A stretch of 64,000 bases of DNA from Candidatus Melainabacteria bacterium 17Bon1m (GCA_032128875.1 JAVLKG010000001.1:921453-985452); one strand, 5' to 3'; shown: positions 50,770 through 60,645, numbered from the stretch's first letter. Numbers and translations are program-made. Notes: a model not told the origin generated them from the letters alone.

Positions 50770-51309
50770 TTACTTGATTCCATCTTTTACGCGGTTGTTT
50801 CGAAGTGTCTTGAGTATGCTCAAAAGATTGTCGTCCGGTGCCTTGAATCCGTCATAGTGGAAATTAACAAATTGAGCTTTGCCCGTTTTCCATGCGACTT
50901 CTGGAATAATGCGCGTGTGATCTGCTCTATTGCCACCACTGCCATCAACTTGCACCAAATAGTTGTGGTTTTTCTTCGTCACTTTGCTGGCGATGTATTT
51001 TGCATGCGGCTCGGCATTAGTGTTTAGGAAAGGATCAAAATCCAATCCGACCACTTCATCCTTAGACTTTTGCGACGCCGCATAATCGTCATTGAGTTGC
51101 TTCAGCAATTCCGGGCTGAAGGAAGACGCTTTGTCTTTGCAGGCACGGTCCGAGCGAGGATTTGTCAAATACCACTTGTAGAAGGATTGGACAAAAGTTC
51201 TGCTGTCTTTTTCGATACCGCTCGCATCACCCGCTTGGGCGCTCGCACAAGACGCGGGATAAATAATCGCAGCCATTAACGCTGCAACCACCCAGCGATC
51301 AATAAGCAT
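50770..51309 (-). CDS. Secreted DUF3828 (YbjP/YqhG)-like protein
   Basis: Signal peptide; FYKWY, GLDFDPF. Confidence 0.65.
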   Translation of the reverse strand: MLIDRWVVAALMAAIIYPASCASAQAGDASGIEKDSRTFVQSFYKWYLTNPRSDRACKDKASSFSPELLKQLNDDYAASQKSKDEVVGLDFDPFLNTNAEPHAKYIASKVTKKNHNYLVQVDGSGGNRADHTRIIPEVAWKTGKAQFVNFHYDGFKAPDDNLLSILKTLRNNRVKDGIK

Positions 51310-51343
51310 AATCTTCCTCCATGAGTTCGATGATTTTAACCTA

Positions 51344-51721
51344 TCAAAGCGTTCCATCCGCATCAAATTCTAGTGCCTTCAGTAAATAGGCTTTGAGTGG
51401 TTTGTCGATCAAATAGCCGACTTCTTCTCGTTTAAAAGATTTCCTGGCTACGTCCATCGCATCAGCAAACGCGTCCTTTACTGTTCCACTGTCGTAATCG
51501 CCGCGGCCGAGCCACATCAATGCCATGAGTTCAATTACCTGTTCGTCTGACAATGAATTCAAAACATCAAGCAAGGTTCGCTTTGGCGCTTCAGCATCTT
51601 GTTGTATTTGATTTGTCACCAACTGTTTAAACATCAAGCGCTCCGTATTTCGAGACTGATCGGAGAGCTTGATGATCTCGAGCACAATGTCTGAATTTAG
51701 AGATTTAGCGAGTTCTAGCAT
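51344..51721 (-). CDS. DUF3775-like protein
   Basis: ELMALMWLGRGD; YL..KPL..YL. Confidence 0.75.
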   Translation of the reverse strand: MLELAKSLNSDIVLEIIKLSDQSRNTERLMFKQLVTNQIQQDAEAPKRTLLDVLNSLSDEQVIELMALMWLGRGDYDSGTVKDAFADAMDVARKSFKREEVGYLIDKPLKAYLLKALEFDADGTL

Positions 51722-51723
51722 TC

Positions 51724-52155
51724 TTATTCTCTTGGTGGCATCCGATCGAGGAACGATTGCAAAATAACAACAGCCGCTTCCATGTCTATCAAATCTCTGT
51801 TCTTTCCTGTTTGAATTCCGCGTTCTACAAGTCGTTCTGTAGCTGTGAACGAGCTCAGACGTTCGTCTTCAAAATGCACTTCCAAGCCTGTTTCGCGCAT
51901 GAGTTTTTTCGCAAACGATCTGACTTTCGCTGCTTGTTCTCCTTCGGTGCCATCCATGTTTTTTGGCAAACCGACCACGATTGCAGCAGCCTCGCTCTGT
52001 TCTACAAGTTTGCAGATGCGAGCAACATCCAACTTTGAGTTTTTGCGATGAACGGTTTCCACTGGCGATACCAGCATTCCTGTCGCATCGGAAACCGCAA
52101 CTCCGATCCTTTTGTCGCCAACATCGAGCGCTAGTAAACGAGGGCGTTCAATCAT
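51724..52155 (-). CDS. ruvX: RuvX/YqgF pre-16S rRNA nuclease / resolvase-like protein
   Basis: LALDVGDKRIGVAVSD, VVGLP..MDG, DERLSS, D..AA.VILQ. Confidence 0.93.
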   Translation of the reverse strand: MIERPRLLALDVGDKRIGVAVSDATGMLVSPVETVHRKNSKLDVARICKLVEQSEAAAIVVGLPKNMDGTEGEQAAKVRSFAKKLMRETGLEVHFEDERLSSFTATERLVERGIQTGKNRDLIDMEAAVVILQSFLDRMPPRE

Positions 52156-52212
52156 CTTAATTCAGAGAAATAAATGGGGCTCAAACTCGGCTCTTTCATT
52201 CGAACATGTAAT

Positions 52213-52860
52213 TTAGTGAGACCATTCAGAAGGTGCGTATCGACGAAGTTTGCGCACAAACGATGGATCAACCATGCACACTCCGTTCGCACAGTTGCTT
52301 GAAGCAACCGTGCTGAGTAAATTCTTGTCTTCCGGCATCAACGGCAGAACAAGCAGTCCAGTTTGCAAAATACGTGTCGAGCTGTTGCTCGTTGCCGATA
52401 CAATTGCATCCAAAACTTGTGCTGCGATACCCGGGTCGAGCCAGACGGTGCCCAGTCGCACGCTGCAAATCGCCATCTCCAGCCCGGTGTGATTACCGTG
52501 TAAAACATAACCGTCAGCACCTGCTTCCATTGCGGCAAAAATCGCTTCTGGTGTGTTATTTGCGGTGGAAACTATCACGCGCACTTTGGGATACGATTTT
52601 TTGATCTCTTTGGTTAGTTCGATGCCGTCGACACCTTTTGCGGAAAGATCAAGCAAGATGACATCAACACTACGCGTTACAAGGTGCTGCAACGTCTCGG
52701 TCGCATTCGAGGTAACATCGGCGATTTCAATGCTCAGAGCTTTCGACAAATACGCAACCATTTCGTGACTGCTTTCGTCGTCGCTCTTCATGATTAAAAC
52801 TTGAATCGGCGCAGGTGTTGCCATTGGTTCCGGTCTTCCTTTTTGATAAGTATAGACCAT
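52213..52860 (-). CDS. Atypical NarL-like receiver-domain protein lacking an HTH
   Basis: DVILLDL, DGIELT, AGADGYVLH; C-terminal CANGVC. Confidence 0.75.
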   Translation of the reverse strand: MVYTYQKGRPEPMATPAPIQVLIMKSDDESSHEMVAYLSKALSIEIADVTSNATETLQHLVTRSVDVILLDLSAKGVDGIELTKEIKKSYPKVRVIVSTANNTPEAIFAAMEAGADGYVLHGNHTGLEMAICSVRLGTVWLDPGIAAQVLDAIVSATSNSSTRILQTGLLVLPLMPEDKNLLSTVASSNCANGVCMVDPSFVRKLRRYAPSEWSH

Positions 52861-52911
52861 AGCCTTTTTATTACGAAATCTCTTCTCAAAAATGCCGTAC
52901 TAGCCCATCAT

Positions 52912-53349
52912 TTATGTGCTGGCCGCTTCGAATTGAATATCATTCTCTTCCAGCCATTCTTTTGCGACCTTGTTCATTTGTTCTGTTTCAAAGGCGAACC
53001 ACTCTTTTTCAACATCAGGAAAATTCAACAGTGCATCTTTGAAGTTACGAAACGGTTTTTTCCCGTTTAGCGCTCTGAAAAGAGCGTCTTGCACATTTGC
53101 ACGTTCTAGTGATTCGGCGAATTCTTCCATGAATTCAAACCTTTCGTGGGAGGGCATTGGCTCAATGGGTATAAAGCGCTCGGAGTCGGCAACCTTATCG
53201 AGTTTGTTTTGCAGTTCGTCGCCTGAATCCGTGTATTCACTGACTAAGACAATTTCACCTGTTTGTTTGTCTAAGAAAAACTCGCCGAAGCCTTCTTGGC
53301 TATCTAATGCCATCTTCAACTCTTCGAGATCCACGATAATCTTATTCAT
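52912..53349 (-). CDS. UPF0158 family protein
   Basis: FLD..TGEI, MEEF, L..AL.GKKPFRNFKD.L, W..F. Confidence 0.88.
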   Translation of the reverse strand: MNKIIVDLEELKMALDSQEGFGEFFLDKQTGEIVLVSEYTDSGDELQNKLDKVADSERFIPIEPMPSHERFEFMEEFAESLERANVQDALFRALNGKKPFRNFKDALLNFPDVEKEWFAFETEQMNKVAKEWLEENDIQFEAAST

Positions 53350-53418
53350 GAATTACTCCGCGCAAATAGATGCATTTTACTTTCAAAGCGTAACTCATAA
53401 TAGAGACTTAGGGTTGTA

Positions 53419-54477
53419 ATGGATCTTCTGAGAAAGTTATCAATCGAGCTCCCCATCATTCAGGCTCCAATGGCTGGCGTTTCGACGTCGGCAATGGCAG
53501 CTGCGGTTTCGAATGCCGGTGCGCTTGGCTCAATCGGTGTCGGTGCTGTGGATGCCAATGGCGCGCGTGAGATGATTCTCGCAACCAAGCAACTCACGCA
53601 AAAGCCATTCAACGTGAATGTGTTTTGCCACAAGCCGGCAGTTGCAAATGCTCGGCGCGAGAGCGCGTGGCTTTCTCGGTTGACGCCAGAGTTTGCAAAG
53701 TTTGGCGTGCAACCTCCGACCAGGTTGAAAGAGATTTACAAGAGTTTTGTCGAAGATGATGAGATGTTGGATCTTTTTTTGGAAACACGTCCCAAGGTTG
53801 TGAGTTTTCACTTTGGTCTGCCGTCGCAGATTAAAATTGATCGACTGAAAGACGCTGGAATCGTGCTATTTGGTTCTGCGACAAATTTGGATGAAGCGAA
53901 ACAGTTGGTTGACGCCGGAATAGATGCAGTGGTGGCACAGGGATATGAGGCGGGTGGTCATCGCGGAATGTTTGAACCTTCACTTCGCGATGATTGTCTT
54001 GGCTCTGCTGTTCTGACGCATTTGCTCGCATGCAATCTCGAAGTGCCAGTAATAGCGGCTGGCGGTATCATGGATGGTGCTGCCATCGCAGCGTTTCTCA
54101 AGCTTGGCGCCATTGCCTGTCAGCTCGGAACCGCATTTATTGACTGTCCCGAGTCATCAGCAGACAAATATTTCCGTGCCACCCTGCACTCCGACGCTGC
54201 CTCTCACACAGTGATGACGCCGGTAATTTCAGGACGCCCAGCAAGATGTCTGGCTAACTCATTTACAGCTCTTGGGCGAAAAATTGATCCGTCAGAAATC
54301 CCGGACTATCCAATTGCTTACGATGCAGGGAAGAGTCTGAATGCTGCTGCAAAGAATGCCGGGGACGGCAGCTATGGTGCGCAATGGGCGGGTCAAGGCG
54401 CGCCTCTGGCACGCAGCATGCCTGCAGCTGAACTGATTGCCCAACTCCAAAGAGAAATCGAAGTGGCTACGAAATAA
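53419..54477 (+). CDS. Nitronate monooxygenase family flavoprotein
   Basis: PIIQAPMAG, VSFHFG, QG.EAGGHRG, AAGGIMDG, QLGTAF. Confidence 0.92.
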   Translation: MDLLRKLSIELPIIQAPMAGVSTSAMAAAVSNAGALGSIGVGAVDANGAREMILATKQLTQKPFNVNVFCHKPAVANARRESAWLSRLTPEFAKFGVQPPTRLKEIYKSFVEDDEMLDLFLETRPKVVSFHFGLPSQIKIDRLKDAGIVLFGSATNLDEAKQLVDAGIDAVVAQGYEAGGHRGMFEPSLRDDCLGSAVLTHLLACNLEVPVIAAGGIMDGAAIAAFLKLGAIACQLGTAFIDCPESSADKYFRATLHSDAASHTVMTPVISGRPARCLANSFTALGRKIDPSEIPDYPIAYDAGKSLNAAAKNAGDGSYGAQWAGQGAPLARSMPAAELIAQLQREIEVATK

Positions 54478-54946
54478 GGACCACTTCGTTTTCCGTAATT
54501 GGCATCTTGCGTTCGTTAAACGAAGCTTTTGAAATCTGTCGTTGGTCTTTGACCTCGGCGTCCACCCAGTGGCAAAGAAGGTACATCTTGTCGACTTTTC
54601 CTAATAGATTAACGAGCATCAGTTTTATGTCGGCTCTAAAAGACTCTTGGCTTTGCGGCTGTTCTTCATTTAGCGCGCGCTCAATCTTAGTGTCTGACCA
54701 CCCCTTCTTTTTGTATTTCGCTCGTTTTCTCGCCTGTTCCTTTTCGGTGTCTATGATGTCGCGATTTCCAGTGTAAAGGGCACATGAGCAACCATTGCTG
54801 GTCACTGTAAATGTGACAAAGTCAGCAGGAATGTGTTTGGAGAGTTCTTGAGCGCCATCTTGAGAGATATGAAGTTCGCGCACGGGAAAAGCATCAATTG
54901 CAGATGCTTGATCCCGGTGAACAGCCAGTTCCAAAAAATGACACAC
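54467..54946 (-). CDS. Hypothetical protein with CxC motif
   Basis: MCHF..; GCSCALY; KYKKKGWS..KIERAL. Confidence 0.65.
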   Translation of the reverse strand: MCHFLELAVHRDQASAIDAFPVRELHISQDGAQELSKHIPADFVTFTVTSNGCSCALYTGNRDIIDTEKEQARKRAKYKKKGWSDTKIERALNEEQPQSQESFRADIKLMLVNLLGKVDKMYLLCHWVDAEVKDQRQISKASFNERKMPITENEVVLIS

Positions 54947-55121
54947 TTACGTTCCCTCGGCTATGTACAGAATATTGTCGCGTAAGTTTAAGCAGAATGA
55001 TTCGGACTGGGAACCTTTTTTCCGAGGGATAGCGTCCAATACAAAATACCTTGAATAGTTCCACAGTGTTGTACCCCTCGCGCTGTTCTGTGTCGTTTGC
55101 GCGTTCAATAGGAAAGTTGAA

Positions 55122-56162
55122 ATGAACCAGCGCAAATGGAAAGGGCTCGTTTGCTCGTCTACGTGTCTATTCCTCCCACTGGCTATTTTGCCGCAAGTAA
55201 ACGAAGACGGCGAGATAACAACAATCGCCTCATGGTACGGTCCCGGGTTTCACGGGCGTAAAACTGCGTCTGGCGAACGATTTAACCAGAATGCACTTAC
55301 TGCTGCGAGCCGCACCCTGCCATTCGGCACGAAAGTTAAGGTTCGCAATCCCAAGAATGGGAAGACCTGCACAGTCACTATTAATGACCGTGGACCCTAT
55401 GTGAAAGGCCGCGGTATTGATCTGTCCCGTGCTGCCGCGCAAAGCTTGGGCATCGGCGGAATAGCGCGAGTTTGCTATTCGACCGTTCCGAAGTATGAGC
55501 CGAAGCCAGACCTTGATAGAGAGGAAACACCAAAAGCCCCTGGCGTAGCCACTGAACTGGAGGTGGTTGCGGCGACTGGGATGACTGAATCAGTCGAGAA
55601 ACCGATGGTAGTTGCTGTCGTGCAGCCACCTGCGAAGGTTGAATCGCGGCAAGAAGCCGAGCCATATCATGAGCAAATAGCATCCCTGAGGAGTCAGTTG
55701 CGTTCGCCTGAAAGAGAGGATCTAGCGAAGGCCCATGAGTCTCAGACAGCGATGTTGCGGGCATCACAGTTTATTGAAGCACCGCAATTTGGGGATTTGC
55801 TGCCGGCAGCACAGAGCGGTCAATTGCGCACTGCGTCTGAACCTAAGAGAACGACAGCGCATATCGTAAGAGCGAAGCGGTTGGTTTTAAAACCAAAATC
55901 TTTCGTCGCAAAGTTACCTGTTAAGCTAGGGGTAACTAAGATGTCTGCAAGACCCGGAGTTGCGAAACAAGTTGCCGCTAAGAAGCAGGGCGCAAGAACA
56001 ATTGCATACTCCCGCTCAGCTAAGAAAAACACGCGCACTAAGAGAGGACAGTACATTGCCCATCGCCGCTATAAATCCAAGTTCGGCAGATCTATGGATA
56101 AGCTCACGGCGAGAGCATCGCATTTGTATAAAGGTTTAAAGGGCATCTTCGCGATGCTGTAA
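55122..56162 (+). CDS. rlpA: RlpA-family septal ring lytic transglycosylase domain protein with basic tail
   Basis: ASWYG..FHG.KTASGE.F, TAA.RTLPFGT, INDRGP, IDLS. Confidence 0.85.
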   Translation: MNQRKWKGLVCSSTCLFLPLAILPQVNEDGEITTIASWYGPGFHGRKTASGERFNQNALTAASRTLPFGTKVKVRNPKNGKTCTVTINDRGPYVKGRGIDLSRAAAQSLGIGGIARVCYSTVPKYEPKPDLDREETPKAPGVATELEVVAATGMTESVEKPMVVAVVQPPAKVESRQEAEPYHEQIASLRSQLRSPEREDLAKAHESQTAMLRASQFIEAPQFGDLLPAAQSGQLRTASEPKRTTAHIVRAKRLVLKPKSFVAKLPVKLGVTKMSARPGVAKQVAAKKQGARTIAYSRSAKKNTRTKRGQYIAHRRYKSKFGRSMDKLTARASHLYKGLKGIFAML

Positions 56163-56331
56163 TTAGCGATGCTGTAATTGAGCGTTTACCCAAAGCCCCG
56201 CAATAAGTGAGAGCAGTACATCTGCACAAAGGCAGTACATCAGCACTAAAGCAGTACAGCGGAACTTTCGTTCCGCTGCACCACTTCTTCCCTCAAACTT
56301 GTTCGCCCGGCTAATTTCCGTTTGAATCGGA

Positions 56332-57177
56332 TTACTTTTGTACCTTGGTGTATTTACCTTGGGCGTCGATGTTATGTGCTTCAACAGTGCCGTTTGGCGC
56401 GTGCCACTCGGTGTAGGTGGGCTTGCCGGTGCTTGGGCTGTAGTTCCAGGTGCGCATCCCCTTTTCGCCGTTGACGCCGTGACGCTTTTCGCTGTAAACC
56501 TTGTCTCCGTTGGAGTTGTACTTCACTGTCTCTTTTGTGTTGTCGTTGTTGACGAAGTCTTCTTGGCGAATTTTTCCGGTGCTTGAGTCATAAGTCTTGT
56601 GCACAGTGCCCTTGGAGGTGGTCTCGTCGGCGGACTTTTCGTGACCAGTCTTGGGGTCGAAATCGATGTGGCGTTCTCCAGATGAAGTTTTCTCGTCATG
56701 TGAAACACGCTTTCCGGTGGTTTTGTCATAGGTGTATGTGTCAGAGTCATAGCTGACGCGAATATCACCACTGTTGCCAACGCGGACTGTTTGGTCAAAA
56801 TTGCGAATTACGTTGCCTTTTTCATCTCTCTCTGTAATTTCGACTCCGGTAGATGTTTCATACGATTCTTTGATATTGGAAGACTTCACTTCAAGTCTGG
56901 TTTTGCCTTTTTGATCCAGTTCGTAGTGGTCAGTAAATTCGCCATTGCCTGACTTCATGGTTTTTTCGACCGATTTCAAATCACCACTGTCATAGAATTC
57001 AAGCTTGGGCAGGTCTGCGTTCGGATGCTGCTTCATGTCCCAAGCGATTTGTTTTGCGACTGCGAGTCTGTCGTCCGCGCTTAGATTTTGCAGCTCTTTC
57101 GCTAGATTCTCAGGAAGTGTGCCGCCTTCTGCATGTTTCTCAAATTGCTTAGCTGTTGCTACAACATCGATACCCAT
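56332..57177 (-). CDS. Hypothetical protein with ~22-aa beta-hairpin (YD-like) repeats
   Basis: GGAGA RBS before MGIDVV; TYDKTTGK, DFDPKTGH, TYDSSTGK, YNSNGD, YSPSTGK. Confidence 0.7.
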   Translation of the reverse strand: MGIDVVATAKQFEKHAEGGTLPENLAKELQNLSADDRLAVAKQIAWDMKQHPNADLPKLEFYDSGDLKSVEKTMKSGNGEFTDHYELDQKGKTRLEVKSSNIKESYETSTGVEITERDEKGNVIRNFDQTVRVGNSGDIRVSYDSDTYTYDKTTGKRVSHDEKTSSGERHIDFDPKTGHEKSADETTSKGTVHKTYDSSTGKIRQEDFVNNDNTKETVKYNSNGDKVYSEKRHGVNGEKGMRTWNYSPSTGKPTYTEWHAPNGTVEAHNIDAQGKYTKVQK

Positions 57178-57409
57178 CGTAGAATCTCCCAATTGCGCGC
57201 CAGTTGCGCTTGCCGGTAACTGAGTGCAATTTACCGGGGAGTTGTATCCAATCTGTTTATCCGCCAAAATATTTTGGCTAAGTTCGAGAAGCCTGAATAT
57301 ATGAAGCTTTTAGCGTTTCTCTAAGAGCTTTTCCAAGCAAAACTGCCCTGGTGTATCGAAATTGAGCCAGAAACAGTAGCCCTTGAGCAGTAACAATAGC
57401 TCTTGAGTC

Positions 57410-58192
57410 TTATTTCTTCTGTGCACCTTTACGCTCAACGTCGAGATCCTTCAGCACCATTGAGCGTAGTTCTTCATAAGCAGGTTTCTTTGGGGTCATA
57501 GTAATCAGCCATTGCCCGGATTCGTTGAATCCGTCGATTGAGTACATGTGGTCCTGTGGACCGATCTGTTTTAGCTCGCGAGCGATTTGAGTATCTGATT
57601 CGATTTCGCCAAGCGTGTAGCGCCTGAAAAGAGTGTCTGGCGAGTTTTTCATTGAGATGCGAAAGGTCATCATGACGCCGAGTTTTCCCTCTGGCTTGAA
57701 GTATTCGAGCGCCATAATTTTTTTATCGCCGCTCGAGAATTGTTCGCACACCAAAAATTTCTGCTCAACTTTGCCGTCTTTGTTGAGTGCAAAAACCTTT
57801 TCACGCGCTTCATCGCGCTCTTTTGTGAGGTTCAACGTCTGTGCGCATTGAACAATCTTCGCCCATGCACGCCAATTATCTGGCTCGACTTTTGATAAGC
57901 GTCGCCACCAGTCGAGAGACTCTTTGGGAAGTTCCAGCATCTGGTAAAGCTGGGCGGTATTGCTAACTTCCACGACCATTGCGTTATGGTCGCTGCTGGT
58001 TTTGTCCCATTCTGTTTGAAAAATCGCTGCCGCTTTGTCTAGTTTTGCCCGGTCATTGGACTCTAGAGCTTCGTTCAGCAATATTTTGCCAGTCTGATAT
58101 TGAGATTCGCTATCGGCTGCTTGGGTTGGGGGTACCAACACTAGAGATGTAAACAGAAGAAATGTCAGAGCTCGCCTGAACATCACAACCAC
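57410..58192 (-). CDS. Secreted TPR-like hypothetical protein
   Basis: Signal peptide; helical repeats (EPDNWRAWAKIVQ). Confidence 0.65.
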   Translation of the reverse strand: MVVMFRRALTFLLFTSLVLVPPTQAADSESQYQTGKILLNEALESNDRAKLDKAAAIFQTEWDKTSSDHNAMVVEVSNTAQLYQMLELPKESLDWWRRLSKVEPDNWRAWAKIVQCAQTLNLTKERDEAREKVFALNKDGKVEQKFLVCEQFSSGDKKIMALEYFKPEGKLGVMMTFRISMKNSPDTLFRRYTLGEIESDTQIARELKQIGPQDHMYSIDGFNESGQWLITMTPKKPAYEELRSMVLKDLDVERKGAQKK

Positions 58193-58201
58193 CTAGTCAG
58201 C

Positions 58202-58423
58202 TTATGGGTTTTCGCCCTTATACTGCGCTGGTTCCATGATTCGCTTGTCGCCGATTTCAATCATTAACTCGGCGATGCAATAGGTGTTTTCAATAAGTGC
58301 CGTGAACTGCTTACGCATTCTGTCATCGCTCAGGAATGCATCTCCATGCCTCATATTCGGCACTTTGAGCTCCTCCGAGACAATAATTGCAGCCATAATA
58401 TGGCGCATTGCGTATATATCCAT
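58202..58423 (-). CDS. Small hypothetical protein, paralog of 58609-58830
   Basis: AAGGAG RBS; 38/55 identity to its neighbour. Confidence 0.8.
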   Translation of the reverse strand: MDIYAMRHIMAAIIVSEELKVPNMRHGDAFLSDDRMRKQFTALIENTYCIAELMIEIGDKRIMEPAQYKGENP

Positions 58424-58608
58424 CTGTGCTTTCTCCTTGACCGGCAGGATGTGCTTGGGAAAGCATACTCCAAAACAAGGTTAAAATCAGTCCCTGCCAC
58501 GCATGTTTCTCCGAACTTCTGACGAGTTCCAAGAGGGATACACAATGCCGCGCGATACCGATTTTTCTCATTGGCTCCATATGCGGTGCCAACAGTCTGG
58601 TTCTTAAA

Positions 58609-58830
58609 CTAAAATCCTGGTTTCCAAACGCCGTCAGCCACCCGCTTATCGCCGAGTTCTAACATCAGATCGGCGATGCAATATGCGTTTTCGATTAGCG
58701 GCGTGAACTGTCTGCGCAGCCTGTCGCTTTGCGAATAGGCGTCGTCCATACGCATGTTGGGACCTTTGATTTCTTCCGAAGCGATCCATGCGGCCATGAT
58801 ATGTCGCACGTAGTATTTGTTGGCGTCCAT
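58609..58830 (-). CDS. Small hypothetical protein, paralog of 58202-58423
   Basis: Shared RHIMAA, PNMR, QFT.LIEN.YCIA and GDKR motifs. Confidence 0.8.
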   Translation of the reverse strand: MDANKYYVRHIMAAWIASEEIKGPNMRMDDAYSQSDRLRRQFTPLIENAYCIADLMLELGDKRVADGVWKPGF

Positions 58831-58963
58831 TTTGAAACTACCCGGTTGAGTTAGGACTGGAACCAGCGCACATCATATCAGGGCAGAACAATTTGGAGAA
58901 TGGTTTCGCAAGACAATGCCACCCTGTGAAGAGTGCACCACCTTGCGAATAGACCGTTTAGCC

Positions 58964-59440
58964 CTAGTATTTGTCCAATTCTTTCGCCAGGGTTTCGAGC
59001 ATCGCTTGTGTACCTTCTTTGCGACCTGGAGCTTGATCGCAGCCATCGAAGAAAACGCCCTGCTCCGTGTGAATTAGCTTGGTGCCTTCTTTTGCCGTAA
59101 TCAACTCGGTCGTCACTTGAGAGGATGAAACTCGCTTGCCCCCAAAATCCATCGTGTAGACCACAACAATGCGACTGTTCTGGACGATGTCTTGATAACG
59201 GACTTCCGTAACGATTGGTTCTCCGCCTTTGAAATTAAATTCCCATGTTTCAACTTGACCCACGCGGAAATTCATTTCGAATTTCTTGATTTCAAAACCC
59301 TCTTCCTCCGCACCAAACCAGCGACGTTTCTTATCCGGATCGGAAAAAGCAGCGAAGACCTTTTCCGGTTTGTGAGGATAAACACGTTCGAGCACAAACA
59401 TATCGTGCGTAGCAGTGCGGTTTTGAGTTTGATTTGTCAT
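58964..59440 (-). CDS. SRPBCC / AHSA1-like protein
   Basis: ERVY...PEKVFAAFSDP..K.RWF, YQDIV...RIV..Y, GTKL.HTEQ. Confidence 0.88.
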   Translation of the reverse strand: MTNQTQNRTATHDMFVLERVYPHKPEKVFAAFSDPDKKRRWFGAEEEGFEIKKFEMNFRVGQVETWEFNFKGGEPIVTEVRYQDIVQNSRIVVVYTMDFGGKRVSSSQVTTELITAKEGTKLIHTEQGVFFDGCDQAPGRKEGTQAMLETLAKELDKY

Positions 59441-59461
59441 CGTTTGCCTCTATATTGATGG

Positions 59462-59518
59462 TTAAGTAGTTGCTTAAGTATATACAGGACATGCGAGAAC
59501 AGTCAAGTAACTGCTTAA
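59462..59518 (-). promoter_or_regulatory. Sigma70-like promoter with two palindromic operators upstream of the SRPBCC gene
   Basis: Minus strand TTGACT-N18-TATACT (59506-59477); T(T/C)AAGTA-N2-TGCTTAA at 59462 and 59503. Confidence 0.7.
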
Positions 59519-59608
59519 GTAATGCTGTGCGCCAACTGGCGCGGGTTTTAGCGATTTCTACTTGCGAGGCATACTATAATCTAAGTCTGTGTCCCGGAGT
59601 CCGTTTCT

Positions 59609-60643
59609 TTGACTGAATCAGCCGTACAAGATCAGCGCAAATTCACATGGCTGCCAAAGCTGGAGTTTTTGAATCCGCTCGGCTACGAAGTGCAGTTCAT
59701 TATTCTTGGCGGCATGGTGTTGTACTTGCCTGCCATTTTGATACTAGGCGAACCAGGACTCAGCAAAGAAACAGTTGCCTGGAACTTTTGGATCAATACG
59801 CTGGCGACGGCGCCTCACACATCCGCGACTTACGTGCGGCTGCAGCGCAAGATTGGCGAGGGCAAAGTCCACTGGATTTTTGGATGGCCTGCTTTTTTAG
59901 CTACCTGGGCGATTTTGATTGGTTTTTGGGCTGCAGGGCAATTTATTCTCGGAATAACCATTGCTGCGATGTGGCAGTCATTTCACTATTTGCGCCAGAT
60001 GTACGGCGTCAATCGAATTTTTTCTCGCAAGAATGAAGAGAGCGAGCTGTCGAGAAAGCTGAATTTCTGGGCTTATCATTTGGCTGTTCCACTGTTTGTT
60101 TTCGGTCGTTCCGACATGCTCTGGCACATTTGGAACGGCAAACCATCAAGCACCTTTGCACCCATGAATGTGCCTGACCTGGTCATGGTTGCCTTTGGTT
60201 TTCTTGCATACTGCGGATTTTTACTTGGTGTAATCAGCGAATATTCAAAGGCGAAAAACAATAGAGTCTACAACCCGGTTGGGTTGGTGATGCTGGTTTT
60301 GTACTTCGCCGTTCACTATTTCGGATTTCTATCCGTTGAGTATTACGTTCGCGGATTTTTGTTTATCTCGATCTATCACGCAATTCAATACGTCGCAATG
60401 GTCTATTACTTAGAACGCGATGGCAGAACTGAGAAGTTGACCGAGAAGCTTATGAAAGGTCCGATCTTCTTGGCGTTTCCAATTTTCTGGGCGCTGTTGG
60501 TCGGCATTGGTTATTTGATCAATCAAAGCGCCGTCAAAGTCGATTTGTTTTGGACTCAGTTTTCTTTGATTGTTTTGAACAATTGGTCCGTGCATCACTA
60601 TGTTGTTGATACAGTGTTGTGGACGCGCAAAGCCGGAAAATAA
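59609..60643 (+). CDS. Polytopic membrane protein with His motifs
   Basis: Multiple TM segments; PHT..T, FHYLRQ.YG, YHAIQY, HHY..D..LW. Confidence 0.75.
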   Translation: MTESAVQDQRKFTWLPKLEFLNPLGYEVQFIILGGMVLYLPAILILGEPGLSKETVAWNFWINTLATAPHTSATYVRLQRKIGEGKVHWIFGWPAFLATWAILIGFWAAGQFILGITIAAMWQSFHYLRQMYGVNRIFSRKNEESELSRKLNFWAYHLAVPLFVFGRSDMLWHIWNGKPSSTFAPMNVPDLVMVAFGFLAYCGFLLGVISEYSKAKNNRVYNPVGLVMLVLYFAVHYFGFLSVEYYVRGFLFISIYHAIQYVAMVYYLERDGRTEKLTEKLMKGPIFLAFPIFWALLVGIGYLINQSAVKVDLFWTQFSLIVLNNWSVHHYVVDTVLWTRKAGK

Positions 60644-60645
60644 AT

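Noticed and set aside
54947-55121. c-di-AMP (ydaO) riboswitch upstream of rlpA
   Set aside because: Only a GGGAACC fragment matches; the other conserved blocks are missing; better explained as an ECF-type promoter.
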